A stretch of DNA of 64,000 nt from Asterias rubens (taxonomy: Eukaryota): NCBI RefSeq assembly GCF_902459465.1, contig NC_047068.1, positions 434,001 through 498,000 of the forward strand, in the 5' to 3' direction. The position numbers and the translations under genes were made by a program. Below the pieces are notes generated by a model. The model was not told the DNA's origin. It searched no databases and saw only the letters and a program-made list of their open reading frames with translations. Shown piece by piece: positions 1-12,267 of the stretch; the first letter of the stretch is position 1, and every line of letters starts with the position of its first letter.

Positions 1-10
1 AAGTGAAGAC
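1..10 (-). CDS. Start of a downstream coding exon of the left-hand coiled-coil gene (continues off the window)
   Basis: Minus strand reads ...ttttaatcttttctttgtttctgctcaaaataatAG|gtcttcactt: long pyrimidine tract plus AG. Phase fits the previous exon (CA+G = Gln, then Ser-Ser-Leu). Confidence 0.6.
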
Positions 11-439
11 CTATTATTTTGAGCAGAAACAAAGAAAAGATTAAAAGTTGATAAAATATCTTTTGAAAAAATATTACCCTCCTGTGCTTAAAGAAGCCTC
101 AAAATCACCTTCCCTCATTATTTTGGCGCTGATACCTCAAACAAATGACAAAGGCAGAGATTTGAGAACCTTAATTCTTTCAACAGTGACCAAAATTCCA
201 TTATATTTAATTACTAGTTACATTAAGCTGGTGGTTTCTTCACATAACATGTATGTTAGTGACATATCTTGTCCCCAGCCCTAAACTTGTTTGAAGAAAA
301 TCAAATTTGAAGTTGCACTCTTTTTTTAAACTGCTTTTTCGAAGTCTGCTTACTATTTTTATTTTAGATTCAAGTCCTGCCCAAGTAAATTTTTCTTTGT
401 TCAACCCCACTCATGCATTTGGAACAGTTTTAGCTTTAA

Positions 440-872
440 AGGATTTGGGTACTTTTTCCAAATGTCCAAAGATTTACATTAAACTTATATATACATTGTT
501 TGAAGATAATGAAAGTAGAAAACTTCCCCACAAATATTAATTACTGAGGTGCTGCAATTTTTGAAAAATAAGTAAAACAAGTCACAAAACAATTCTTGTC
601 TCAGTGAGACAAAAATTATTTTAGCATGTAAAACAATATTATCCAGTTATGGTTATAACATACCATAACTGGTTGATACATTTTTACATGCTAAAACTGA
701 GACGAACATTATTTTTGTGACATTGTTTACTCATTTTTGAAAAAAATGCAGCACCTCAGTATAAAGTAATATTTTAAGGGAAGCTTTCTACTATCATAAT
801 CTTCATACTGTGTAAGTTTAATGTAAATCTGTGGACATTGTGTTTTGTGTTTGGAAAAAGTACATAGACCCT
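440..872. mobile_element. Kolobok-like MITE family C (palindromic body)
   Basis: TTAA at 436-439 and 873-876. Ends AGGATTTGGGTACTTTTT / AAAAAGTACATAGACCCT; long imperfect internal inverted repeats; second copy at 27108. Confidence 0.85.
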
Positions 873-918
873 TTAATCCGATCTCTCTTTTTCCCACAAG
901 AAAATTGTTTTCACATAC

Positions 919-1113
919 TGTATCCTATCGAGAGTCGTCATTTGTATCTCCAGCAATCTCTGCTCATCCTCCTCTACCTGCACCTCGAGGTGCGCGACCT
1001 CTTCTCGTAGCCTCTCTATCTCAGCGCTGTATCGGTCCTTAGACTCCTTCACTGTTGTCATGGCGGCCAGACAGTTGTCCAGCTGGTCGTCATGGTCACC
1101 ATCGTCGTTAAAT
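919..1113 (-). CDS. Internal 195-bp coding exon of an unidentified coiled-coil protein (FNDDGDHDDQLDNCLAAMTTVKESKDRYSAEIERLREEVAHLEVQVEEDEQRLLEIQMTTLDRIQ)
   Basis: Acceptor aatatAG at 1115-1114 and donor GTATGT starting at 918. Symmetrical phase 2-2, open frame, codon-like GC-rich composition in AT-rich surroundings, heptad-like E/L/K/R pattern. Confidence 0.85.
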
Positions 1114-1358
1114 CTATATTGTATTATAATAATAAAACCAATTTGTTTAAATTCATAGCTGAATAATTTCATTTTTAAGTTTCCAAATTAAACAAGTTTT
1201 TTTTTCTGAATTGAGTTTCAGCAGCTAACAATTTCACTTTCAAAGAATGGCCAATTCTGATATAATAGGCACAACCAATAAACAAGACATCTGAATAACA
1301 TTACATGTACTGCTACTGTGCTTTCACTTTTGAAAGTTTTCCAAAATAGTAAACTTAA

Positions 1359-1735
1359 AGGGAAGGTACACGTTTGGTAATTACTCAAAACAAATATTAA
1401 CTTAAAAACTGACTTGGTAACGAGCATTGGAGAGCTGTTAGTATAAAACATTGTGGGAAACGACTCCCTCTGAAGTAACGCAGTTTTTTAGAAAGAGGTA
1501 CTTTCTCACTAAAATAATAAAAGACTTCTAGCTAGAAGTCTTTTATTCCTATCTAAAAGCACACAAATTCGTCCAACAAGGGTGTTTTTTTCTGTCATCA
1601 TTTTCAATCAACTTTCGGTCAACTTCGATGACCGATTGAGCCCAAATTTTCACAGGCTTGTTATTTTATGCTTATGATGGGATACACCAAATGAGAACAC
1701 TGGTCTTTGACAATTACCAAACGTGTACACTGCCT
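1359..1735 (+). mobile_element. Kolobok-like MITE family A (central palindrome type P2)
   Basis: TTAA TSD at 1355 and 1736, AG..CT termini, ~24-bp TIR, 32-bp perfect palindrome 1516-1547. Strand is the family orientation. Confidence 0.9.
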
Positions 1736-2165
1736 TTAACCTGTGCTTGCGATAATCGTAACTCTAATTAGATATGTACATGCAAGTTTTGATCATTCCC
1801 CTTGAACCTCAGCAGTGTTTTGACGGATCAATCCTGTGACACAAATGACGCTTACGGTACCTTAGTAATTGGGTGGGTACACTTCAAATGTTAAAACAAA
1901 AACTGAGTTTCCCCAATTTTAACCTCAGTTTTGTCATTCTCTTACGTCTTATTATGAAACCCTTAATTTGAATCCATTGAATTTTCAGCCATTTCCGTCA
2001 GTTCATAAAAAACCCAGACAAAGTCATCAAGTTGCGCCAATTTTTTTTAAAATAAACTTTGAAGGCCAACTGTTCAGTGTTATAATTATCAATTTTCTGC
2101 AGCGTAGCGATACTGTACTATACTATGTAGGCCCTACTTCCAAAAAAAGACGAAAAAAAAGACAA

Positions 2166-2302
2166 CCATTCTGTGAAAGGGGTGTTACTAGGGCTAGGCA
2201 GTGCTGCAGTGCTGCAGTGCGTGGGCGCTGTCCGTTTTCAATACCCGTATATAGTTTGCACGCACTGCCGCACTGCCTTGAAACACCCCTTTCACGGAAT
2301 GG
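2166..2302. mobile_element. 137-bp MITE with CC..GG ends, piggyBac-like
   Basis: CCATTCTGTGAAAGGGGTGTT / AACACCCCTTTCACGGAATGG TIR. TTAA on the right; the left flank reads ACAA (imperfect). Confidence 0.6.
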
Positions 2303-2555
2303 TTAAGTCTAACTCGGCCGCGGCTCGGCAGTTCATCAATCCAAAAACATAAAGCATTATGCATATTGGGAAGTCAAAAAAATGGGCAATGCGGCAGAAA
2401 AACAACAGTGAGTAACACGTTTTTTAAATTTCACTCATCAAAACGGCAATGCAAGCATTATGAATGTATAGTTCAAAGGAAACTTCAGTTAGTGGTGGCT
2501 AACGGTCGCAAAACTTTCATCTATCAACGCCGGTTTCAAAAACGTATAGCGTTAA

Positions 2556-2943
2556 AGACAGTGTACACTATTGGTAACTGTCAAAGAGCAGTCTTCTCAC
2601 TTGGTGTATCTCAACATATGCATAACATAACAAACCTGTGAAAACTTGAGCTCGATCGGTCGTCGGAGTTGCGAGATAACTATGAAAGAAAAAACACCCT
2701 TGTCACATGAAGTTGTGTGCTTTCAGATGCTTGATTTCGAGACCTCAAGGCTCAAGTTCTAAACTTGAGGTCTCGAAATCAAATTCGTGGAAAATTACTT
2801 CTTTCTCCAAAACTAGGTCACTTCAGAGGGAGCTGTTTCTCACAATGTTTTATACCATCAACCTCTCCCCATTATTACTCGTTACCAAGTAAGGTTTTAT
2901 GCCAATAATTATTTTGAGTAATTACCAATAGTGTCCAGTGCCT
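2556..2943 (-). mobile_element. Kolobok-like MITE family A (hairpin type P1)
   Basis: TTAA|AGACAGTGTACACTATTGGTAA ... TTACCAATAGTGTCCAGTGCCT|TTAG; GATTTCGAGACCTC..GAGGTCTCGAAATC hairpin. Confidence 0.9.
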
Positions 2944-3420
2944 TTAGTAGGCCCACAATATTAGACCCCTAAAGGCTCACGGGGGAGCCTTATAGTTTCT
3001 AGAAGTAGAGACTACGGGCATGTGTCAGGCAGGGGGCATCCATTTGCCCTGTCTCTGTCTGTCTGTCTGTTGCCCCAGCTTCTATTGAGTATTGTCAATT
3101 GAAATAACTTAGGTTAGGGGGCTTAGCATGCTTAGTTCTATTCTAAATCTAACTTCCAAGTTCTATTATTTTTTAAATAGACAAAACTTAAGTGGCCTAT
3201 TTGCCCTCTCAGAGATGAATCCTAGGCTTGCTTGAATCGATCAATGCTGGTACGGTAGTGAATAGTGTGTTGTTGTTGGGCGCTGGCAATCCGAAACGGC
3301 GACCCCAACCCAGTCACCGTACCCAGTCAGCGAGCATAGCGAGTGTTGAACCCAATTCGTGAAAAAATATTTAGGCTACATTTTATTTGGTATAAATTTC
3401 GCCTGTTTTGCAAAACTTAC

Positions 3421-3476
3421 CCCTGAAGGGCTCTATTCGCCTCTTCGAAGATATCGGCATCTGACGAGGCTGCCAT
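3421..3476 (-). CDS. First coding exon of the same gene (MAASSDADIFEEANRALQG); exon probably spans 3421-3509 with 33 nt of 5' UTR
   Basis: ATG at 3476, donor GG|GTAAGT at 3420. Phase 2 joins exactly to the 919-1113 exon (GG+A = Gly). Acceptor-like tract tttttccttctttctacacttacatttacAG ends at 3510. Confidence 0.8.
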
Positions 3477-4467
3477 CGATTGTTTGGTAGGTCAATTGGG
3501 AAGGAAAACCTGTAAATGTAAGTGTAGAAAGAAGGAAAAATTCAGCTAGCGGGTCACCATTTTTGGAAAGGAGCGCTAAATTATCTATCGCCTCTTGAGG
3601 GCGCACTGTAATTCAACCGGTGTTTTATTGATCAGACGCTTCCTCGATCAGCAGAGGGGGGTGCTTTTATTATGTTTTATAAAAGTTTCTCAATTTTGTA
3701 TTGTGTTCAGTAATGACAATCAACCGACTTAAATTATACCTAAGGGACATTTTCAATAATATACAATGGAACCAACCACTTGATGTAGCCTTGGGGTACG
3801 TTACACGTGGCAAAAGTTCAAGGATATCTCATGGAAAAATCGAAGAAGAAAAACGAGCAATTTCTTGGCCCATCAACATTTCAAACTCACTTTTCTTGAG
3901 TTTGGAACAATATGCTAGTTCCTCTGTTTTGGAAAGTGTTTCTTTTGCACGCAGTGTTCCTGTAACTTGTTGTTATTTAAAAAAAAACTTATGTTAGGCC
4001 TATTTGCAACGGCTGTTTAAAGATCGAACATGTTCGTGTGTAGCCCGAACATAGGCCAATCGCCAGGGCAATTCGCAAGTCTATGGCATACCATATTGGC
4101 CTGCTGGGTAACTGGTTGTGGGGAAACGTTCCGAACGTGTTCCCTAAACCGTGAGAAATTAATAAAACAATTGGTTTTGATTATCTCAGTCGAAGAAACC
4201 TTAGAATAAAACAGAAATAATACCAAATCAATCTGGTTCTGCCAACTAGTGGAAAAGGTGGGAAAATAAGAGTGAACAAAATGTGACCCAACTAAAACAT
4301 GGTCCGCACTTATATGGGGGGGGGGGTGACTCAACATTGTTCAGGTCTCAGCTCAAACAGCCATCGAAGTCGAGTGTTCAGTGTTTTCAAACATGGGGTA
4401 TTTCTTTTCTAGAGCTCATGATCATTTTGTAAGTCTGATTCACTTTGGCTCAAAGACTCAGTGCCAG

Positions 4468-4647
4468 GGCCCACACAGAGCTGCTTAAGTAGAAAATATT
4501 GCTTAACGAAACTACTAAGCAGAAATGAGCAATACCAGTCACAAATTGCACATGATTGTGACATGGTAGTTTGGTTGGTAACCTTGGTAAGCATAATGTT
4601 GTTCTCAGCTGGTTTTGTGCTATAAAGGAGTTCTTTGAAATTGGCCC
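4468..4647. mobile_element. Harbinger/PHIS-like MITE H1
   Basis: CAG|GGCCC..AGAGCTGCTTAAG ... GAAATTGGCCC|CTG. Confidence 0.75.
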
Positions 4648-5364
4648 CTGATATCATTGGTAAAAATATGGTTCCTTCCTCCATGGTTAATGTTAAACGG
4701 TTATTGTCATGGTATTATCCAGCAATTAACGCAACCGCACCACCACCACCTCGCCTTCTTTTGGTCCCAGACTTTCTCTCCCCTCCCCTGCTTAGGTTTC
4801 CTCTGTCCATCTACCGCCAAGTCCACTGTTTATTTATTGTGGTCAAGTTCCTAATGGCCTCCGGTGAAGTATGGCTCAACTTTGCTCTCTTTTTACCTTT
4901 CCTAAGAAATTTACTAGGACAAGTAAACGGTCCTGCAATGTTTTGAAATACGGGGGTTAACCACGCTGAGTAAATAACGCGTGTTTAATGTATGCCTCAT
5001 TTGCCTTCATTAAATCAAGAGAGTTTTTTTTTCTCTCGTTATGAAATGGCAGTGCGACTATTGCGTTCGCTGGTGGGAAAATAAACACTTATCTATATAA
5101 AAGAGCCGCAGCGCTACCAACGTTTACCTACTGATGGATGACGTATTCATGGACTTTTAATGGACAGTTTCAGTTAAAAAAGTTATACTAGTAGGATAAT
5201 AGCGTCAGTATGGTTGAGATTTGTGCCTTTGATGATACAAGCATGGTATTTGACACAGTCAGTGTCATGTACATGAGAAAGTTTGACTATGGGCCATCGC
5301 AGGTTTGAACTTTGAAAACAAAAAATTAATAGAAAAGAACATGCAACCGGCGGCCATTTTGAAA

Positions 5365-5470
5365 TCTTCGATGTCCCAAATTTTTACAGGTTTGTCAAGT
5401 TATGCACTATAATGTAGGGATACGATACACCAAGTGACAATACTGGTCTCTGACAATCACCACTGCCGTT
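5365..5470 (+). mobile_element. Decayed 3' fragment of family A MITE
   Basis: cttcgatg..aaattttacaggtttg..gatacaccaagtga..actggtctctgacaatcacc matches the right part of the family. Confidence 0.55.
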
Positions 5471-8400
5471 CAACCAACCCTTGTAGGCCTACAAACTTTC
5501 TATATGATATCACCTCTATTTCTACCTCCATGTTCTGACACAAAACATTTTTCAAAAGTTCTCCGAAACTTCATTTCAATTGAAATATTTTCCTCTAATT
5601 ATATTTTTCTGTATAAAAAGGGTGCCAATAACATTGATCTCTCTCATCAGTGCGTCACAGCCGACAGAAACTGAGATAAACTTCTTCAGGTGAAAAACTC
5701 GGGTATCAAATTTCATAGACACGGGATTGTCTTGTAAAAACTTCTCGAAAGGTTCTGGGGCGGTTCCCTGTTTCACATGGGGCATTTACTCATCGGCACC
5801 TCCCCAAGCCTTAGGCACCAGCCTTAAAGGGGCACGTTCTGCCTTTGGATTGGGCTCCTTTGTAGGCCTATAGGGCTATGAAAAGACTTGTATAATTGAA
5901 TATTGCATGAAAAAGGGCATTATAGCAAGTTTATTATTGTGATTCACTAAAAAAAAAAACCTTGACATTGTGTGGTTTTGTAACTGCATGACAGAACATG
6001 GTACTAATTTTGTTTTTACTCAATTCCGCTGGTTATAATGATTTCAATATGCACATTTTATCTTTCTTTAAAATCATTTTCACCATTTACAACATACTGT
6101 ACACTGTACTAATTACAACACGTTTCAAGGAACAACGGCAACTAAAGATAAAGGTTTTGTGTACTTTCAGACAACATTATTTTACAGAGTGACCATTGTA
6201 ACGCGTAAAAGCTTGGGTATCATAGCATCATATTATTGCAATGTAATGTTCCTGTTTGCACGAACATCGCTTCCAGATTTAGCACATGTCGGTTTTACTT
6301 TTCTATTGCCAAGTTTGCTCTTCTGCTGAATAGGCCATTAACCGTGCACTATTAACATCTTCAATTACTGTCTAGTTCCCTATCTGTGTATTTTAAAGAT
6401 TCACATAGTACCAAAAAGGGACCAGCCTATTTTACCTCGCAGCCTCGGTTTAGTTACAATTGAATTGAGTGAGACGACATGACAACAAAGTTCCAATCGC
6501 ACAATCCCTTTAAGACGGTTGAACAAGAAGGAACTTTTGGACCTGGACGATATACATATCCCGAGGACCTATTTCGATGTGGGGTGACGCATACACCTGG
6601 TTTCCCAATTGACCTGTCATACAAAATATTCCCGACACTATATCAGTTGAAATGATCTCTTCCGTAATCAATAATTTCCTGCTCGAGTTCCAACGGCATC
6701 CGCCGAGGAAATATTATGGCACAGTCTGAGGGTAAAGACACCGTGTACAGTAGCGTTCCACCACCACACACTCGAAGGGAGGAGGGGGGAGCGGGGTATT
6801 AGGGGAACCCCTTCAGGCTAAGCAAGGGTGATGTCATCCTCCACGAGATGTTTGTAGATGGGTCCATACTGGCAGTCGAAACAGGGGGACCGCACCGCAC
6901 CGCACGGGGCCATCCCGTGGGGGTTGTCCACACTTCAACACCGTTGAACTTGAATCAACAGTCGGGGGGCCGCGGTGGTTGTCGGAGATCGCCAAACCAA
7001 AACGCTGCCTGCATGCTCGCATTACCCCCACCAAGCTCGGGTTTGTGTGCTCAGGTTTCTAGCGGTAATTTCTCCAGATTTCCTGACAGAGCCTGGAGTT
7101 ATTGAGTGATGCCCGGGTAGCTTGTCATCACCTTTCGTTCTGCTGCTCCTCGCGTCTTAAGTCGGGCAGGTTTTTTAGACTCCCCCTTTTTATTTAAGTT
7201 AAGAGGAAATCGTATACGGGGGGAAAACTTTGGAGATCTTATAAGATTTATTTCCAAAGAGGAAGATTTCAGATGTAATGAGGCTAATACAACTTAAAGA
7301 GTTGATAACTACCTTTAAATCCAGCGGGGATCAAAAGTTCATTTCGGATTGGACGTTTATAAAATGTTGATTTCTGTCCTTCGGCCGGGCCGGGTCGTAT
7401 AAGTGGGTCGTTGGGTTTTTTATTTTGAGAGCGGGGGAACGAGACAGTCAAAAATAAAATGTAAGGCCTAATGCGGCGACCTCCTGCGATTAGAGTAGAG
7501 GTGAACGTTTATACATTATTACATTAGGAAGTCATTGGTGTCGTAACAAAACTTTTCATAGACCTGCTTATTGCTCTAAGAAAAGTTTCTGCTACAAACA
7601 TCTGAAAAGGTAAGGTCCAATACATAATGGCTATGCGTAGAAATGTGGCAATGTTTTAAAGTGTGACATGCCCCCCGCCCAACCCCACAAAGGATTCCTT
7701 GTTGAAATTAATGTCATACTTCTTCGATTATGTATGTCTTAAATTTAATACATTTTCTAGTGTACTAAATTACACCCTCTCAAACTTGACGATGGTGAAC
7801 ACAGATGAACAAGTTCTCTGGGGCGGGGTCTTCCTTGGAGGTCTGGGGTTTTCTACCTCCATGATTTTAACAGCAAATGTTCTTGGAAGCTGATGTAGCG
7901 TTAATGACAAGGATATATTTTTGTCTCAAGTACATATACACTATACCCCCTTCCCCACACATGTAGAAATTCCAAGTTTATGAATTATGAGTTGCAATTC
8001 AGTACATACGGGTGGTCCGAATCCACCACCACCAGAGTTACAATAGAAACACCATAGAGTGGCACTCAGTAGAAGTTGACGATGAGTAATTATGATTTTG
8101 TAAAGTAATGTCCCACCACCGCAACCGATGTAAAGATATGTGATTACAAGACCCATGGCCACAGTCTGGCCCAACGATGTTTTGATAGGTGAGTAGTCAA
8201 AGCTTTCGTTGAACAGGTGCCGTGAAGTGATGAATATATCCCCGTGAACTTTCGGGTCTCCACGCGCCTCGAAAGAATAAAACCCGTATAACTTTGCTAT
8301 TGACTCGATCCATCAAAGTTAATGTTTGAAATATATTTTTTTTATGAACACAAACTTATGGTTTCTTTGGGTTTTTTGTTCTTCTTGCAGAGCTCTTACG

Positions 8401-11400
8401 GACGCCCGAGTGAGCGGCGTTGACAGAGAACAACCATGGGTTCTGCAGCGCCGTTGTACGGTGGTGTAGTTGTGCGTTATTATAGCAGCCATGAGCCTAT
8501 TTCATGATTCAGAAATATTTCATCGTGCATTTCAAGATCAACTTTTGCTCTTGATTCCTGGCTGAAGTTCTTGATTCCTGGCTGAAATTATTTCAGGAAG
8601 TCTGTAATGGATTAATGAGCAGCGCCCTCTATAGTTAAGAAAACATAAACTTTTCCATCAAGGGATACGAAGGTACTTGCGAAGGGGGGGGGGTGAAGGT
8701 ATTCCACCCATAGTTACTTATTCCAGTTATTTATTCCACTGTAAGACATTCCATCACTCCCACATTATAAAATTGCATAGAAAACTTCAACTCGTTAATT
8801 CAGCTTTCCTAAAATGCATGTTTTACAACCACAGTTTGGGCTTCGGCAAAGTTTAAAAGTATTCCATTTCCACCAATCATGAGAAAGATATTTGGCAATA
8901 GGGCCAGTGCAGATTTCATGGCAGATAATAAAAATAAAAAAAAATGCTTGTTATTCTACCCGTCGGAGCTTATATTTTTTCTCTCCAAGATTCAATTAAT
9001 AGCCAAATGTCTTTTTTATGACATACTCTGACTGTATGCCAAAGTAAATGCTTGTATCAATATCCCCCCCCCCCCGCAATATTTCACCTGCTGTCCAACT
9101 ATAAGAAAATCACAACTAGAAACAGTATCAACTCATTACCTGCTGAGGATGCTCCTGATCAAACCGACCGCACCATCCACTGAGACCCGAACCATCCAAC
9201 GGACCACACATGCAATCGTTAATGGGTCGATTGAGCAGATATTACGGGGCGGTTTGTGGAAGAGTAGACTACCAGGTCGTGTGGCGGAACCCGGGACTGC
9301 TTGTCAGCTTCATTTACCACCTGTCGGATTATTGAAAGAAAGACGAACAGAAAGAGAGAGAAAAATGGAAATGTGAAACTAAAAATACTTGCAATTTTGT
9401 TTCCATGATTCTAAGCAGGTTCTAAGTAAACTTCAGGGTGGCCTAAAATGATACGGGTACCAATAGCCTTTCAGTCATTTTAGCAGTGGGTTCTTTTATC
9501 CCCGAATAACCACCTGTGAAATAACGAGGACAATCTTAAACAAACACAAGTGGAAGTTGGACACGTGGCCGTGTTATAAGAATGCAACTCAACCAAAGTT
9601 ATGGATAGTGTTGTTTCCTTAAATGGGTTTTAGAAATGTCAACATTACTCCTGTTGTGTTGTATTGAGGTACCATGCATTAAAGGTATAGTTTGAGTAAT
9701 TGTCAAAAACCAGTATCCCCACATGGTGCATCTCAACATGCATAAAATAACATACTTACGAACATTTGGGCTCAATACTAAACTTCTTTTACATGGCCAT
9801 TGATTTTGGTTTATATACATTTCCTGCAAAAAGAAAAGGGGGGGGGGGCGGGCGTCTAGAACTTTTGCCTGAGATGGAATGAAAATAATTTTTGCCTGCT
9901 TTGTAAACATACATTTCTTTTCTTTCGACTGTGCCCAAAATTGTTCCTCAGTGTTATTTTGCCCAAAGTTGAGCCCCTAAACCCTTGGTCATTGGACCAA
10001 ATGCTATTCAAAGATTATGAGTTTTTTTTTTTCAAAACAAGTTGAAAACCTGCAGATCACAGGCGTCTCACATTATATAAGACACAATGAACGAGAAAGG
10101 TTGTCGTTAGAGCAAGGGTTGACTCTAGACTAAGACCCCAGTTTCAACTACACTATCGCTCATACAATCAAAATATTAGCACCAAGTTATTGGCGTACAG
10201 CCAAATCAACCCCCTTTTAGTTTGTGTTGTTAATACATTTTCAAAATCGGCAAGTTTTAAGGATTTAGTTGGCAAAAGAGCCAGACACATTTTTGCTAAC
10301 GGGTGAACTTTATACACATTTTTAACTAATTGGATAACACCGCAAAAAATATCACTCTATTGGCATCCATTGACCGCAATATTGGGCACAGTTTCCTCCA
10401 AAACTAAAGCAGAGAGAGAGAAAGAGAAAAAAAAATCAAATTACAAGAGTTTTTTTCCTCTATTTTATGAGGGGAGCGGTCTCTGATGAGCCGCGCGTCT
10501 GCGGGAACGATCCGTAAATCAAACTACACCGAGAGTCGCACCGCGCCAGGGAACCAAGGCGGGGACTGGCCGTCAACTGACCCGGCACTGAGCCCCCATG
10601 GCTCCGCACCCTCGTGCCGCTACGCTCCCCGTGGAGCCGTTAAAACAAAATATATTTCACTATACAATTCACGGAAGAATCACAACTCGTGAGCTAGGTT
10701 GGGGCCTGTCGCTTGTTTTTGCGCTTGGAGGCTTAATTTTGAAACTTCCGTCTGAATGGACAAAATATAAGTATTATAAATATTGAGAGTTTCACAAAAA
10801 GATGAGCCTGTTGGGAACAAGAAAAAGCCATTGTTTACAAGCTAAAAAACACAACCTCTACATTTTAATGTCCGTTTTTCACCTCTGTCCTTACTCTATG
10901 GTTTGTACTTCAACAAACCAGGGGCTACCTTCGTGAATAAACTTCCAACGAGCTTGAATCAGACAAAATTTTCGGACCTTCGCCATAATGTGTCAGTATC
11001 TTTTTAAAAGTAAATTATGACTGATTTTTGTAAAGAGATATCGACATAACACACTTTTCATTGTAGGATATAAGTAACTAAAAGAATAATTTCCAAGGGC
11101 TTTATGGGAAGGTTTCAAAAGTATTATTAGGCCTGCATGATTGAAGGAAATAAAAAAAAGATTGTTTTATTTTAGTCTGAAAGCTTATGATTATGAAGCT
11201 CAATTAGAACCACTTTTTTTATTTGCAATAAAAATTCCCAACTGAAGTGAAGCCATATTCGAGAAAACTGTATCTCAAACCTAACAATGTAACAGCTGAT
11301 TTCGGCTTTTACAACCAAAATTTAGGACGATCATGTTTACATGCTGGAAATTGGTCAATACTATGGAAATATTGACTACTCGGAGGGGCACAGTTAAAAC

Positions 11401-11896
11401 TATAATAGGCCCAAGGTGATGTCAAAACCATGACTACGCCCGAAGCGAAGTTCCATTCATTATGGTTGATAAATATTAAAAAAAAACTAAAACAAAAAAA
11501 ACCACACAATTAAAAACCATTAAAAAAATATGAACACTGTGAGCATTTTCAACAAAAGCCCAAAATAATAAAGACAAACATAGAACTAATCACACAACTA
11601 TTTTAGCCATATTTTCACAATGTGTAACGGCTCCTCTGATTTCAGTTTTCCTGAATTGACCAGTGGCGTTAACGCTAACAGGCCTGCGCCATACGTCGAA
11701 TAATTATGAGTTCATAAGATAGATAAAGAAAGATTGGTAAAAGAAGTGGTTATAGAAGGTTAGGATTACCTTCTGGTACTGCAGAGTCATCTGGATTAGT
11801 TTACCAGCAGATTGGGTTACCTGCCAAATCATCCAGATAACTGGAATTGGAGTTACAAATCGGTTTAAAGGGGCTGTCGCGTCGTGATTAAACCAG

Positions 11897-12138
11897 GGCC
11901 CAATTTCATAGTGCTGCTAAGCACAACAATGTGCTTAGCATGAAATTAAGTTTGCCTTGATATTAGGATTACCAACCAAAATGTCCACGTAATTTTCAGG
12001 GTAAGCAAACGACAGGTGAATACCAGTTACACGCAATATGCAACAAATGAACACTTGGTTGGTAATCCTGTTTTTATATAGGAAGAAATTTCATGCTACG
12101 CAATTTTGTTGTGCTAAGCAGCTCTAAGAAGTTGGGCC
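11897..12138. mobile_element. Harbinger/PHIS-like MITE H1 (palindromic subfamily)
   Basis: CAG|GGCCCAATTTCATAG ... GAAGTTGGGCC|CTG; internal inverted repeats ggattaccaaccaa/ttggttggtaatcc. Confidence 0.85.
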
Positions 12139-12140
12139 CT

Positions 12141-12267
12141 GGCCTGTGGTTGTACATGGAATTATGAACTCTCACCTAGTTACTGCATGTACGTGTATGA
12201 TACAGGACAGGGTGTACGCATGCAATAACTGGGTGAGAGTTCAATAATCCATGTACAGCCACAGGCC
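12141..12267. mobile_element. 127-bp fold-back MITE abutting the H1 copy
   Basis: ~49-bp arms GGCCTGTGG(T/C)TGTACATGGA..GAACTCTCACC..TGCATG in inverted orientation. Confidence 0.8.

Noticed and set aside
845-1172. ORF-track proteins 845-1042 (+) and the full 873-1172 (-)
   Set aside because: The plus ORF is antisense shadow; only 919-1113 of the minus ORF lies between splice sites.
5095-5125. TATA box CTATATAAAAGAG on the plus strand
   Set aside because: No downstream exon, ORF or paired LTR could be found to give it context.
10483-10525. Hammerhead-like CTGATGA..GCGG-GAAC
   Set aside because: GAAC instead of GAAA, and no stem III with a UH cleavage site can be formed.
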